Shown here in pieces: positions 12,923 to 25,250 of a stretch of DNA of 64,000 bases; the first letter of the stretch is position 1; every line of letters begins with the position of its first letter. The notes beneath the pieces were generated by a model. It had not been told where the DNA came from. It was given only the letters and a program-made list of their open reading frames with translations, and did no database searches. The translations under genes were made by a program, and so were the position numbers. The DNA is from Felis catus (taxonomy: Eukaryota). Where the stretch lies: positions 1,240,001 through 1,304,000 of the forward strand of contig NC_058368.1 of the NCBI RefSeq assembly GCF_018350175.1, read 5' to 3'.

Positions 12923-15920
12923 TTAAACCTCCTCGCGAGCAAATACCAACTCTTACGCAACCTCACCCAAAACGATGAAAACAAAACCAGCCCAGCTCGC
13001 TGTAGGATTAGACGCATAGTTCCCAAACCGCCTGGAACGTGTTCGTATGTGTTGTCTAATAAAGACTAGCGTGTTCCCGGGAAGAATTCACCCCGTGCTT
13101 GGCACATAACAGAGATGCGGGGGGTGGAGGAGGAGCGCCACAGCAAAAGTACTTGCTAACTTAAAGGCACTAATTAGTGCTGACCGAACTCTGCACTCTG
13201 CGGACTGCGCGGGTCACTCCGCACCTGAACGGGACCCGCCTGTTACTTCTGCCCGCTAGCCTCAGGTTTTGGACGGTACCACCGGGACCGAGGCTGGCTG
13301 AGGCCGGCCTTGCCTTAAAGGCCAACAGACCAACTCCCTGCAGAGCTACCTCCCTTGAAAACATTTCGGTTCACTTTCATGGATTTGGGATATAACAGTG
13401 AAATGACTGTTACCGGTGGTAAAGTTTACATTTGAGGCACTCCCAGGTTAAAATTTCACAGAAGGCTTCACTTCCTTTTTCTATATGAAAAGGAACAGGT
13501 GAGAATTAGTCTCCCCATGGAGGAAAGCCACGATGCATGGATTTTTGCACATACTTTCTGTGTCTGGATGGGTGGTCCTCACTGCCACGGTGGGGTGGGA
13601 CTGATTTGCTCGGTTAGTACTGAGGGATACAGCTGTTTGGTGACGGCTGTAATTGTGCATTTTTCCTTGTGGGTCATGGTTTTAATTTAGAGGCGTTTCT
13701 AAAGGTGCACATTAAGAAAAAGGACAGCAAATTTAACTCCGTGATTCCCCGGTCACCGGCCCTACAAGATGAGTCACTGTATTGAAGTTCAGAACCAAAG
13801 CCTGCTACTCATGGAAAAGGGATTTGGAGAAGCCTGTGATCAATCTGCCATGAGACAGTGGCCTTCTCTTCATCCCAGGATATGAACTGCCTTCATTTAT
13901 TCGTAGTTACAGCCCAACTGTCTCAATCAACCCCTCTTGTAAACAAGATTCCACCTCTCCACAACTCTGGTGAGTGATCGGTTTTCCACCCCTTCTAAGC
14001 TGGTAGTGAATCCTCCTTCTTCTCTTACTTAAAAGCATAATGCTCTCCCCACTTGGAACAAGTTGGGTCCCGTTTCCTGATGGACTTCCTAAGCAAGCTG
14101 GGAACGAATGCCTTTCGTCACTGCGCCCCATCTTGGGCACTGCTGTGGGGCACTAAGATCCGGCCGGAGCCATCCGACGCCATCCTGGTCAGAGGAGGCA
14201 GGAGAGACACGGAGAAGAGTCACAGACACAAAAATTCCGGAAGATTGAAATATGCTTGAGACACATTGAGACCTACTCAGCTTGACAAAGAGACACATCG
14301 ACTGGAAGAAACTGTGGTTTAGTCTGGGTTCAGCCCCGACCCTTTAGACAGACTGTCTGGGAGGTCCTCAGGTGAACCAAAATTCATCTTTGAACCAAAC
14401 AGTATCATGAAATTAGACAGTCCGGTTCTTCATCAGCACCGAGTGGAGAGCAGAACACTCACCGAAATAAACTGTCCCTGGTTTAAGTCAATACGTCCGA
14501 CTAAAAATCTAGGGTGGTCCTTACGCCTTGGCCTCTTCTGCGCTACCAAGGATCACATGCTCTTTTGTAAACCAGTCCAATCACCATCAGCTGAGAAAGA
14601 TACTGTCGTTTTGTAAAGCTCTTGATCCTTTAAAGGATCTGCTTTAAAGATCCTCTTAGGAAAAGGAGCAAATTACAATGCGCTCCGCAGGAGAGGCGGG
14701 GGTGATAGGTCAAGATGGACTAGCCAAGCAGGATGGAATTGTCCTCGGCATTCAGATCACCCAGGGAGCTGCCCTCCTGCCTTTCCTGACCTGGCAGATG
14801 GGTCATGGGCAGGCTCCTACCTGGCCCACACCACCCTGTCATTGTCTGGAGTTGGGCCAGAAGTGGGTTGAGAAGCTGCTTCAGGTCTTCGGGGAAGGCA
14901 CCGGGTGAATCACCAGGTCCCAGAAAAGGCAAAAGGAGCTCTTGACCCCTTTACCTTCTTCTCAGTCCTCACTTTTTGGATGGTTGACCTCTCCACAGAG
15001 CGCCCCCACCCCCTCACAGGTGTCTGTAACTGTGACTGACTAAGCACACTACATTTGAAAGAGACTCAAAGGACTAATGGGGACATGGCCGTCGCCACCC
15101 ATCTCAAGACAGAGTCCCAAGTAAGTGGTCGTGGTCCTACGTGTCCGCCTGTCGGAAAGCTTGGAGGACACACGCCTTTTGGGCTTATTTCCTCCTGCCA
15201 GTGAGGGGGCACCGAAGGGCTAACGCGGCCCGTCCTACAGAACACGCTTCTCAGCTGCAGGCTACCTCGTCTGTAAAAGGTGTCCTGAGAGCGTTCTTTC
15301 CAGCTGGGAAACGCCACCTGGGGACAAACGCTCTTGACTGTTGGGGAAAAAGGCAAGCAACCAAACCAACCTCAGCTTCAGGCCGCGTCTAGGTCTCCGG
15401 GCTCGCGGGGGCAGGGAGTGCTAGTTAATCCGGCCGGACCTCGACCTGAGTGACTTCCCTCCCCAGGGCAGCGCAGGAGGTGAAGGTCAGTTTCCTGCTG
15501 CGAAGGCTTCCTGCTTTGCCCACGACTTTCTGCCACTTTCTGAACTAATCCTTCGGCCAACGGAACAGGTCAGGTGGCCGCAGTTACGGCGACCGGGCAG
15601 CAGAGCGAGAATCTCCCCCAGGAGTGTCTCGACACTCGTCACGCTGAGCCGGAACGGTCCCCTCCCCCGCCCCGCGCGCCCAGCCCGGTCACGGCCCCGG
15701 CTTCGGTTACCACGTCCCCTTCTCCGGCGCTGCTGCAAATCCGGCCCGAGCAGCCCGATTCGAATTTCAGAGCTCGGCCTGAGCCGCTCCCTTTCCAGAC
15801 GTCCGCGCTCGCCCCTCGCCTCCCCGCCCCAGGTCCGCTGCCGCGACCGCCCGGGACAGGGACGGCGCAGGGGCCTCAGCGCGCGTGTCCAGCTCGCGGG
15901 ATCCGGGTTGCCCGGACGCG

Positions 15921-16259
15921 GCCGGGTCCCCCAGTCCCGGCTGTCCTTCCTGGCGCGGGGTCCCCGGCCCTAGGCCGTCCCGGGGTCCCTCCCGGCGCCG
16001 GGTCCCCCAGTCCCGGCCGTCCTTCCTGGCGTGGGGTCCCCGGCCCTAGGCCGTCCCGGGGTCCCTCCCGGCGCCGGGTTCCCCAGTCCCGGCCGTCCTT
16101 CCTGGCGCGGGGTCCCCCGGCCCTAGGCCGTCCCGGGGTCCCTCCCGGCGCCGGGTCCCCCAGTCCCGGCCGTCCTTCCTGGCGCGGGGTCCCCCGGCCC
16201 TAGGCCGTCCCGGGGTCCCTCCCGGCGCCGGGTCCCCCAGCCCTAGCTGTCCCCGGGGC
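15921..16259. repeat. GC-rich minisatellite, 76-77 bp unit x ~4.4, in GJB2 intron 1
   Basis: Unit gccgggtcccccagtcccggccgtccttcctggcgcggggtcc(c)ccggccctaggccgtcccggggtccctcccggc; ctagg anchors at 15970, 16046, 16123, 16200. Confidence 0.97.
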
Positions 16260-16294
16260 GCCGAGAGTCGGGCGCACTTGCGGCGCGGCCTCAC

Positions 16295-16490
16295 CTGTGC
16301 GGGAGGGAGCGCTCGGCGGGGCCGGGGGCGGGCGGCGGGCGGCGAGGGGGTCCCGGGTGGCGGCGGCGCGCTCTGGCGGGGTCTGGGCCGGTCCCGGCCG
16401 GGGCCGCCTCCGCGCTCGCTGCGGGCTGGGGCGCCGCCGACTGGCTGGGAGTCCCGGAGTGCGGAGCGCGCCGGGCGCTACGGGTCCTCG
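16295..16490 (-). other. GJB2: GJB2 non-coding exon 1 (TSS approximate)
   Basis: Donor GCACAG|GTGAGG at 16295/16294; lies just downstream of the TTAAAA box inside the CpG island. Confidence 0.8.
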
Positions 16491-16504
16491 ACACCTGCCT
16501 GCTC

Positions 16505-16625
16505 CAGCGACGCCTTTTAACCGCACCCGACACTCCGCCTCTTCCCCCAAAGCCATTTAGAAAGTTACGGAGGGGGCGGCACCTCGCTGCCCGGCCTCCC
16601 TCCCCTGCGGCGGGCGGGGCGCGCG
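16505..16625 (-). promoter_or_regulatory. GJB2: GJB2 core promoter: TTAAAA box (16520-16515) and GC boxes
   Basis: Minus strand CCGCCCCCTCCGTAACTTTC...GAAGAGGCGGAGTGTCGGGTGCGGTTAAAAGGCG resembles the characterised Cx26 basal promoter (Sp1/Sp3 GC boxes + TTAAAA). Confidence 0.88.
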
Positions 16626-19600
16626 GGGCCTCCCCGGTAGCCGGGGCTTTCCGGGACCCCGACGCCCCCCATCGCCCCTCGAAGTCCCGGGGAGCCCGGG
16701 CCGCACGGTGCCCCAAGCACCCCTGAGCGCCTGGATTTCCCCGAGTCCCCGTGCGCGCCACTCCCCGCCCCCCCCTCGCCCCCCCCCCCCCCCCCAGCCC
16801 CTCCGCCCAGGGTCGGAGCGGCGGGGGGCTGGACCTGGCGACCAGAGGAGGATGCAAAGCCCCAAGCCTCGGCTCCCTGCATTTTGGGGATGGGTGGGGT
16901 TAAAGGACAGTCGTTGTTGCTGTTATTGTTATTCTGCTTTAGTCCAAAGAGTACTATTGCATTTAAAGCTCTGCTTTACTCGTTTTTTAATTATTGGGAA
17001 AACAGGAGTTCCCGACGATTTGAAGATTGAAGCTCAGGCTGTGGAGGTTCCAGTTCCGCTGCGGGGCGGTGACACAGGGTCTGTTCCCGCCTTGGATTTT
17101 GGGTTCGGAGTGGCAGGCGGGTGGGCCACCAGGGCTGGCCAAGTCCCTGCTTCTTTCTCCCCCCCGAATCTCACAGGCCAACTCAGCCAGCGCCTGCCTG
17201 GATTCCCTTTTTGATTCGACCACGTTCGACAATATGCTAAGGGCTAGGGTTGGAGGCGGCTGGGGGAGACAAGTCTTGCTCTTGCCAAGGCTGGCACGGC
17301 CGTCTCCGTGGGCCCTGGACGTGCCGCCATGCGCGCCCCGGCAGACGGTGCCCCCCTGGGCCCTGCCGCTTCCTCCTCCTCCCGCCGCGGAGAAATCGCC
17401 AAGGCAGTTAGTTGCTCGGTTTGGGGCGGGGGCGACCCAGATGATTCAGAAAATAGAGGCTATGAATGACATCTACCCACCCCTCCTCCCCCTGCACGCG
17501 CACACCATGAAAGGGGAGCGGATCCTGGGCCGCTCAGTTCTCCCAGAAGCTTCATCCCGGATTAGGAAGTCTCATGGTTCACATTTGGTCGGGTATTTCG
17601 AGGTCTCGAGATGCAGGTTGACAGAAGGGGGATATGCACAAATCAAGCGGATGGAGAACCAAAACTGCCAGAGCAGGACGCGTTGGGGAAATAGCGCCAA
17701 GCGTGGGTGGCTGTCACTGCTCAGGTACCTTGATTTCTGCAAAGAGCGGCCAGTGTGGAAGGGTGGGCAAGCCGTTCTCAGGCTCAGTTTTATGTTAAGC
17801 AAAGATGATGATTCATCCTGACAGCGCAGATCCAGCTTCAAAAACGGATTTCCCATGATTATCCCCATTGGCGTGAAAGCCTTAACTTTTCCTTGTAAGA
17901 CTGGTGCCCCGTGGCCATGGGCCAACTCAGGCCATTCTCGTATGGGCGAATGTGAGCTTTTCCCCGTGGTTGCGACCCCACCTTCCAGCTCTGAGTCTTA
18001 GTCTAGGAGGGAGTGTCTGTTCATGAAGAGACAGAGGCCCAAGAGTTGCCGAAAGCCCTTGCATGGCCCATCTGAGAGATGTGCTGAATCGGCTTTTTAG
18101 AAATTACAAGGCAAAGCCGGGTGGAGTGGAGGAATGAACCTGCTGGGTCTGAGCGCACATCACAGTTGAGGTAGGAGGCGTCTCAGGGTGGAAGGTGGGG
18201 GGCACGGGGGCCGGGGTGGAGGGGGTGGACGTTGTGGAGCCGGCCGGTGGCTCCTCCCTTCAGTTACTTTCTGGAACAGCACTGTTTAGGAACCGGTTAG
18301 AGCCCTGCTTGGGTCAGAATGAAGGAAGGGTCTAGAACCATCGTAGGAAGCTTGCTGGTAAAGGTGGTTTGGAGACTGCAAGTTGAGTCACTTTCCCCCA
18401 TTGAAAAATTTCACCTCAGGTTTTAGTGTGTGTCTCCTGATTACAGGTTGCTGTTCAACTTCCTTTTCCTTGTTTTCCCGGACTTACTCTCCTGATTTGC
18501 ATAATTAGTGTGCGTTGTGGGCTAATTGTATATCACAGCTGCTCCTATTTGGGGCTATGTAGCTAGGCTTCCTGCAGCTCTTAAGTCTCGACCTGATTTT
18601 ATTCTGTTTTGTGTGATTTGTATTGTTTTCTGTATTGGTGTTTTCTTCCTTACCAGACTTGAATTTCTTCAAGACAGAACATCTTAAATATATATTTTTG
18701 TGTCGTCCAGAGTAGAGGAGGAAGAAAAGAAGAGGTACGATGGAAAAAAAGTTGGGATATTTAAAGTTATGTCCACATGAGCTTAGACTTACAATTAGGA
18801 GGTCACACCACAAATTAATAGTTTTGTAAATCCTGTAATCATTTTGTGAATAGCATAATCCTATTGCTGTCTTTTTTTCCTTCGGGCTAAAAGCATTACT
18901 TTGTTAAATGGAAACACTGAAAATAAGCCTTAATTTTGTCCCCTGTTTTCAGACGTCTTCATCTTTAAACTGACCAGCCCCTGGAGAAAGCTCTGCCCTC
19001 CACTCCAGGCTTCCCGGGGCCCGGAGCATAGCAGATGCCCAGCACGTGCCTGCTCCTTGATTGGTATACCTCTGTCTTCTTAACCTGCAGGCACTGAACA
19101 ATATAGAGAATGTTTTTTGACTCGGCTTTATGGAAAAAACTCTGGTGTCTCCTGAAGCGGTCTTGAATGAAGCAATTCCCGGGGAAACTCGGGCACGTAG
19201 CGAGTAGCTATTGATGCTTAACTGATGAGATCTGTTACAGCCACACGTTGTCACTTTGGAGTGTCAGAGACACATATGATGAATATTTTTACATACATGC
19301 TTAGTAGCAAGCAGGCAAACCCCAGGTGTTTATAATTGAGTTGAACTTGTATGCAGGCATTTAAAGTGATGCAGTTGTCAGGTTGTAAGGTGAAATGTGA
19401 ATATTTGAAGCTATTCAGGGTTTTAATTTGACAGCTGTTTTATAAATGGACCAGAAGGAAAGAAGTTGTTCTTGTGTAAGAAATCAGTGTGAGAAAAATG
19501 ATATTTCTTCACATATTTTAATGGATGATTGCTTGCCAGCTGCCTAATGGGGCAGCCCCTTGGATGCCCTCTGGGAAGGATGATCTGAATGCATATAAAA

Positions 19601-21143
19601 AATGTCTCAGTGAAATTTCTGACACACAAATCATATGTAGGAGATAGCAGAAAATATTTCAAGACAAGAAGAGACTTGTGAGAGAATGGAGTCCCCGTCC
19701 GAAACCTTGGCAGTTTTAGGGCAAGTTAGAATCATTGAATGTCTCTTAGCTATCAGTTATTAGAGTCGTTAGCTACTGGTCTAGACCCACTCTCTTGACT
19801 TGGCTATTGAAATATTATTCATCATATTAATAATTGGCAAAAATTCCAGAAAGTTCAGCCTCCTTCAAAATAGCAGTCGGAAACTGAAGATACAATGAAC
19901 CCTTGGCATATCTGGGTAATTAATGATTACTTACATATGATAATATGATTTAAAAGCAGGAGTGATCTTTAAAAGTAAGCCTTTAAAATTTTTGTGAATA
20001 ATTATTACAGGAGAATACCATTTCCCTATGATTTCCCTCTGCATCATTAACCCACACCCTTATTTATGTATCCTGAAAATTGTTAATGTCAAATCACTTA
20101 GGGAAAAAAAAAATCAGTTGTTACATTCAAAGAGTTAAGAAAAAAGATCTCAGACTTCAATAATTTATTCTTTTCTTCACTTTCAAATTAAAGTCATCTC
20201 ATAAAAATGCCAGCTTTTGAGTGTGACTAAAACTGTTGTAAGTCTTTCCATTTTCCTCATTCTATTCTTATATTCACACATAAAATATTTGGGGGAGATT
20301 CATGGTGCTGAATGTGTCTCAGTGGCAAGGCAGTAGTAAAATAAGTTGATTTCTTTTGTTTTACTGGAGGAGTGTATGCTCTTACTTGCAAATACATCAG
20401 TGTAGCTCTTTTATGATTATTTAAGCAGATGATGGAGAAATTACAAAGATACTTCCAAATGTATTTGTATCAGAGCACATGTTTGTCAGAAACGAATCCA
20501 GAGCTATCAATCCACAGGCAAACTGGTAGATAAAATTTATTTCTAGTGAATATAAAAATTAAATTCTGTAAGCTGTGATGACTTATCAAAATGGAAGTTC
20601 TGCACCATTCACAAAGGAACAAAAGAGATTTCTACATTTTAGTTTGTGTTACAAATCATCTTAAAGAGCTTTTGGAATAAGTTAGGGCACAGTAAACACT
20701 CATGAGTTGCTTAGTAAAAAAATCACAGACAGAGGTTTGACAAGGGACTACAGAGAGATTCCCTGGTTATTGTATTTGATAGACTACAGCAGATTTCTAT
20801 GAAATGCTAGTGTAGAATGTCCTGAATTTAAATTTGTCACTCTCTGGAAACCCCTGATTACACAGCCAGTTTTGCTACTGAGGTTCCAATCAGGTGGATG
20901 TTCTCTGACTTAGAAAGCCCCTCTTCTGGAATTGGATGTGAAGTCTTTGGTCTGAGGATTCAGAACTGGGTTTGTGTGTTAGCTATTAGTCTAAACTTCA
21001 TAAACTATTTTGGAGTCATTTCTGTGTTGGGGGAGTCATTTCTGTTCTGTGTTCTACGCACATGTTGGTGTGTAGAGCTCTGTGATACAATCTCATCCTT
21101 AAAAAAAATATCTTTGTGCCAGGGGAAAAAAAAAAAGGGCACT

Positions 21144-21174
21144 TGCAATACCCAGAGGGTACAGTAGATGGCGC
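21144..21174 (+). promoter_or_regulatory. Candidate CTCF site with upstream motif
   Basis: TGCAATACCC upstream element + core ACAGTAGATGGCGC (1 mismatch); same 17-bp offset as the 5836 site. Confidence 0.65.
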
Positions 21175-23439
21175 TGGGAAGACTTGCCAGGAAGTTTTTG
21201 TAAAATGCACGTACTTGGAAGATAGTGGGAGATAAAAGGATAATCTTTTCTTCTAGTCCAGTGTTGCTTGTCCTGAGAAATAAATTTCTTTCCTCCCCAT
21301 GCCCCCACCAAATTAAATGAAATAGGACAGAATAGAAAATATCAGAATGAATTGCTCTTAGGGTTTAAGCAACATTCTATGAAACGTTTCATGAAATATT
21401 TCCTGTGTTTTCATACTCACATCCACACGTATGCACTGGACCCGATGTAAAGTGTACTTCTTGCTGTAGATCCCTGTCACAAAAAGCCGGAAAGTCACTG
21501 TGCCATTCCGTTTCCAGAGAAACAGACATATCACTGTGGCCTAGGTGAAGAGTGTACCGAGGGAGTGATATCTGGGCCCTAAGAGCAGCCTCCCAGCTCT
21601 GCTGTGTTGTATTTGAGCTCCCAGACTCAAGGTCCCAGAAACCCCAAGCTGATGAGAGTTACTGGTGGTCGAATCGCTCAAGAACTTTAGTTCCGGCTGG
21701 TAAATGACCTCCTTCCATTAGATCTGCTTCCCTGTTGCCTCTTTCCGATCTGAGTATGCGGTGTGAATGCCCCTCTCCCATCTGAGTATGTTGGGTTCTG
21801 GGACGGGTGAGAAGCAAGAGCAACATTTGGTTAGGTCTTTCGCTAACTTGATAGGATTGTCAAAAACAGATGCATGTAATGCTGTAATGTCTAGTCCGCT
21901 CAAAAGTCATGGATCAGCCTTTTTAATAGATTATGTGTTTAAAGAACCAGATGGAGACTTTTATGGTCAAAAGTATGGATTGAACTATGGTGCTCTGGGT
22001 AAGAGGAGTCAATAAGCATAACGTCTTTTATGATTTCTTTATTGCCTTTGAAATAAACCAGTGATAGTGAGGAATTTAGAGTACAGGGCTCTTCTCTTAG
22101 TACTATGGGGGCCTCGTTCACAGTGTGAACCGTCAACAAAGATGGTAGTGGTCAGTCTGGAGGGTCTTGGTATCATCTCAATCACCATATGATGGGAAAC
22201 ACTCATTTTTTTTTTTTCTTACAGGCTATATGACATTACATACTAGGTTAGTAGATGGATAGGCCTTGGAAAGATACAGTCCCTGCTTGTAATTTACCAA
22301 AGGCAAAAATAGGCCACTGCAAACGTAACATATTTGAATAACTAATTCGAGTGTGTAACATAAATGAAGGCATCTCTGGGATAATCCAATGCAAAGGTCA
22401 TTGTGTTAATCATTTATCTAGAACTTGATATCATGAAGTGAGCCAAATGTTTTATGTTTATTTTATTGCATAACTCTGAGGAAAGTATTTTTAATGTCAT
22501 TCTACAGATGCGAAAACTGATCTGTGATGTTTGTATGTGATATGAATCTCTATGAGTCTATATATAGATGATTTTTCTTCCCTCTCTTATACAAAAGGTA
22601 GAGCATTGTACACCCTATTGTGCACTTTGCTTTTCTCACTTAATATATCATGGAAATCTTTTTCTGCAAATAAATAAAGAGCTTCCTCATCTTTCACATA
22701 GCTTCATAGTATTCCTTATATGATTATATAAAAATTTAATTAAAAGCCATGTAATTTTCCATGATTCCATGTTTCTGATCTTTTGCTATTACAAACAGTA
22801 TTATGGCTCTGCTTCAAATTAGAGTATAGAATGAAAAATACCATTATTCCTATGGTAACAACAAAAACCCTGCTAAAATGAAAGTCTATTGGCAATTGTC
22901 AAAGAAAAGTGGGCAGATTAAACTTAGTGGAACTGACTTATAGGAAGTGATGGTGAGCGGAGAGCCACAACTGCTTTCATATCTGGAGAATAGCTCCTGA
23001 TTTGTGGGAAGGTGGAGAAGCAGGCCTCCTGTAGATGAAGAGATTTTATAGAGTTGAGGAAAACATCAGTCAAGACACTAATAACAATATAGGTTGCCAG
23101 ACAGATTGGAATTTAGAAGTGCCTCAAATGCAAAAATGAATAGCTTGGCTTAATAATCAACCTCCCTCCCTCCTGGCCCCCTCCCCCTGCACAGTGTTAC
23201 TGCAAAAGTGTCAGTGTAGGCAAGTCTAGACAACCAAGAATTACACAGTTTCACACTATTTGAATTTTGGAGTGGTGCTACAGTTGGAGTCAAAGTGAGC
23301 CCACACTATATGATGTCTGTGTCAAACAATGACAAGATAGAAGAGACTAGCCACTCCACAGTGGATGTGTAGGAAACTGAGGTTGGGCTGAATGGCAAAT
23401 GTCCTTTTTCCATCAGATATTAGAGGTACACTCAATTCA

Positions 23440-23668
23440 AAAAAATTAAAAAAATATTTTTTTAAATGTTTATTTATTTTTGAGAGAGAGTGAGAGACAG
23501 AGTATGAGTGGGGGAGGGGACAGAGAGAGAGGGAGACACAGAATCCTTGGCAGGCTCTAAGCTCTGAGCTGTCAGCAGAGGGGCTTGAACTCACGAGTCA
23601 TGAGATCATGACCTGAGCCAAAGTTGGATGCTCAACTGACTGAGCCACCCAGGCACCCCTCTATTTTT

Positions 23669-23706
<38 letters not shown>

Positions 23707-23900
23707 GAGAGAGAGACAGAGCACAAGTGGGGGAGACACAGAATCTGAAGACACAGAGAGAGGGACATAGAATCTGAAGCAGATTCCAGGCTCTGAGTTG
23801 TCAGTATAGAGCCAGATGCGGGGCTCAAACTCATGAGCTAGGAGATCATGACCTGAGCCGAAATGGGACGCCCAACCGACTGAGTTACCCAGGAGCCCCC
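23440..23900 (-). mobile_element. Two tandem Can-SINEs (23900-23660 and 23659-23440) inside one TSD
   Basis: Two SINE heads; flanking TSD agaggtacac(t/c)caatt at ~23422 and 23901; long (GA)n tract. Confidence 0.9.
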
Positions 23901-23999
23901 AGAGGTACACCCAATTTAATTAACACTATAGCTCAGCCCCAGATCAATTTGACTCTTGATAAATCTGCATGATCAAATCTTCATTCTAGCCACCTATCA

Positions 24000-25120
24000 G
24001 AAAAAAAAAGACTTGCACTCACTGGAAAAACAAAAACAAAACACCCCGGGGAAATCCTTTTGTATGCAAAATCAGCACTGAGTAAAAAATTACAAGCCAT
24101 ATGAAGAAACAGGAAAATGAGACCCATAATCAGGAGGAAAAAAACAGTCAATAGAAGCAGACTCACAAATAGGTTGAATGGTAAAAGGATTGGAAAAATA
24201 TATACAAGGCAAACCCAAATCACAGGGAAGCTCAAGTCACTATACCATTCAGTGTATACCTCAAAACAAGGAGATTACCAGAAGTAAAGAGACAAATTAA
24301 AAAGACAAATTAAAGAGACAAATGGCAAACGGATCATTTCATCACGAAGACATCAATCCTAAATGTGTATGCACTAAGTAACAGAGCTCTAAAATACATA
24401 AGGCAAAATTGAAAGCACCAAAGAGAGAAATGACAAATTTATATTCATAGTTAGAATAACTGAGCAACTGATAGAACATTACACAAAAATCAGCAAGGAT
24501 ATGGAACATCAAAATAATACTATCAACTAACTTGACCTCATTTATCTTTATAGAACACTATGCCCAGCAACTGCATAATATACATTTTTTAGGTGCACAT
24601 GAAATGTTTGCTGAGAGAAAGCATGCTGAACTATGCAACATGCCTCAATAAATTTCAAAGAATGGAAATCGCAGAGTATATTTTCTGACCTTTGCAGAAT
24701 TAAATTAGTTATCCACCTACCTACCTATCTACTATCTATCTATATTTGGTATTTTCTATACCAGATATTTAGAGATTAAGCAAACATAAATGGGTAAAAG
24801 AAAAAAATCATAAGAGATCCTTCAAATAAATAAAATGAATGAAAATGAAAAACTTCAAAATCTGCAGGATGCACCTGAAGCAGTGCTAAGAGATAATTTT
24901 TTTACTTTAAGTGTATACATTAGAAAAAGAAGAAAAGCTTAAAATTGATTATCTACATTTCTACCTTAAGAAGCTTGAAAAAAAGAAAAATGAAACAATG
25001 TAAGCAGAGGAAGAAAATAATAAAGATAAGAAATCAATGAGTTAGAAATCAAATAATGGAGAAAATGCAACAAAGCTAAAGTTTAGTTCTTTGAAAATAG
25101 TAATAAAATTGATAAACTCC
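24000..25120 (+). mobile_element. Degraded old L1 (ORF2 endonuclease region)
   Basis: A-rich L1 ORF2 text (aatcctaaatgtgtatgcac...aaaatcagcaaggatatgg...gttctttgaaaa). Confidence 0.8.
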
Positions 25121-25121
25121 T

Positions 25122-25250
25122 TATCTTCATCAGTTTGGGCTGTCATAACAAAATGCCAGAGACTGAGTGGCTTAAAAAACAATTTTTTCCCCTCAATTTT
25201 GAAACCATGGAGCCTCAAAGCCCAAGATCAGGGTGTCAGCATGTTTTAGG
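25122..25250 (-). mobile_element. MaLR (MLT1-like) LTR fragment
   Basis: gggctgtcataacaaaatgccagagactgagtggcttaaa...cccaagatcagggtgtcagca. Confidence 0.6.

Larger units (their letters stand above)
15380..16880. promoter_or_regulatory. GJB2: GJB2 CpG island
   Basis: Very high GC and dense CpG around exon 1; weaker CpG shoulder extends to ~17550. Confidence 0.9.

Noticed and set aside
14624..14639. 16-bp perfect palindrome gatcctttaaaggatc in the GJB2 intron (also an 11-bp-stem hairpin at 29031-29054)
   Set aside because: Palindromes of this size are expected roughly once in 64 kb, and there is no supporting context.
15921..16259. CRISPR-like periodic array
   Set aside because: Units are contiguous with no unique spacers, and the context is mammalian; it is a minisatellite.
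15487..17821. ORFs of 100-264 aa around the GJB2 promoter
   Set aside because: CpG-island and minisatellite artefacts; no homology recognised.
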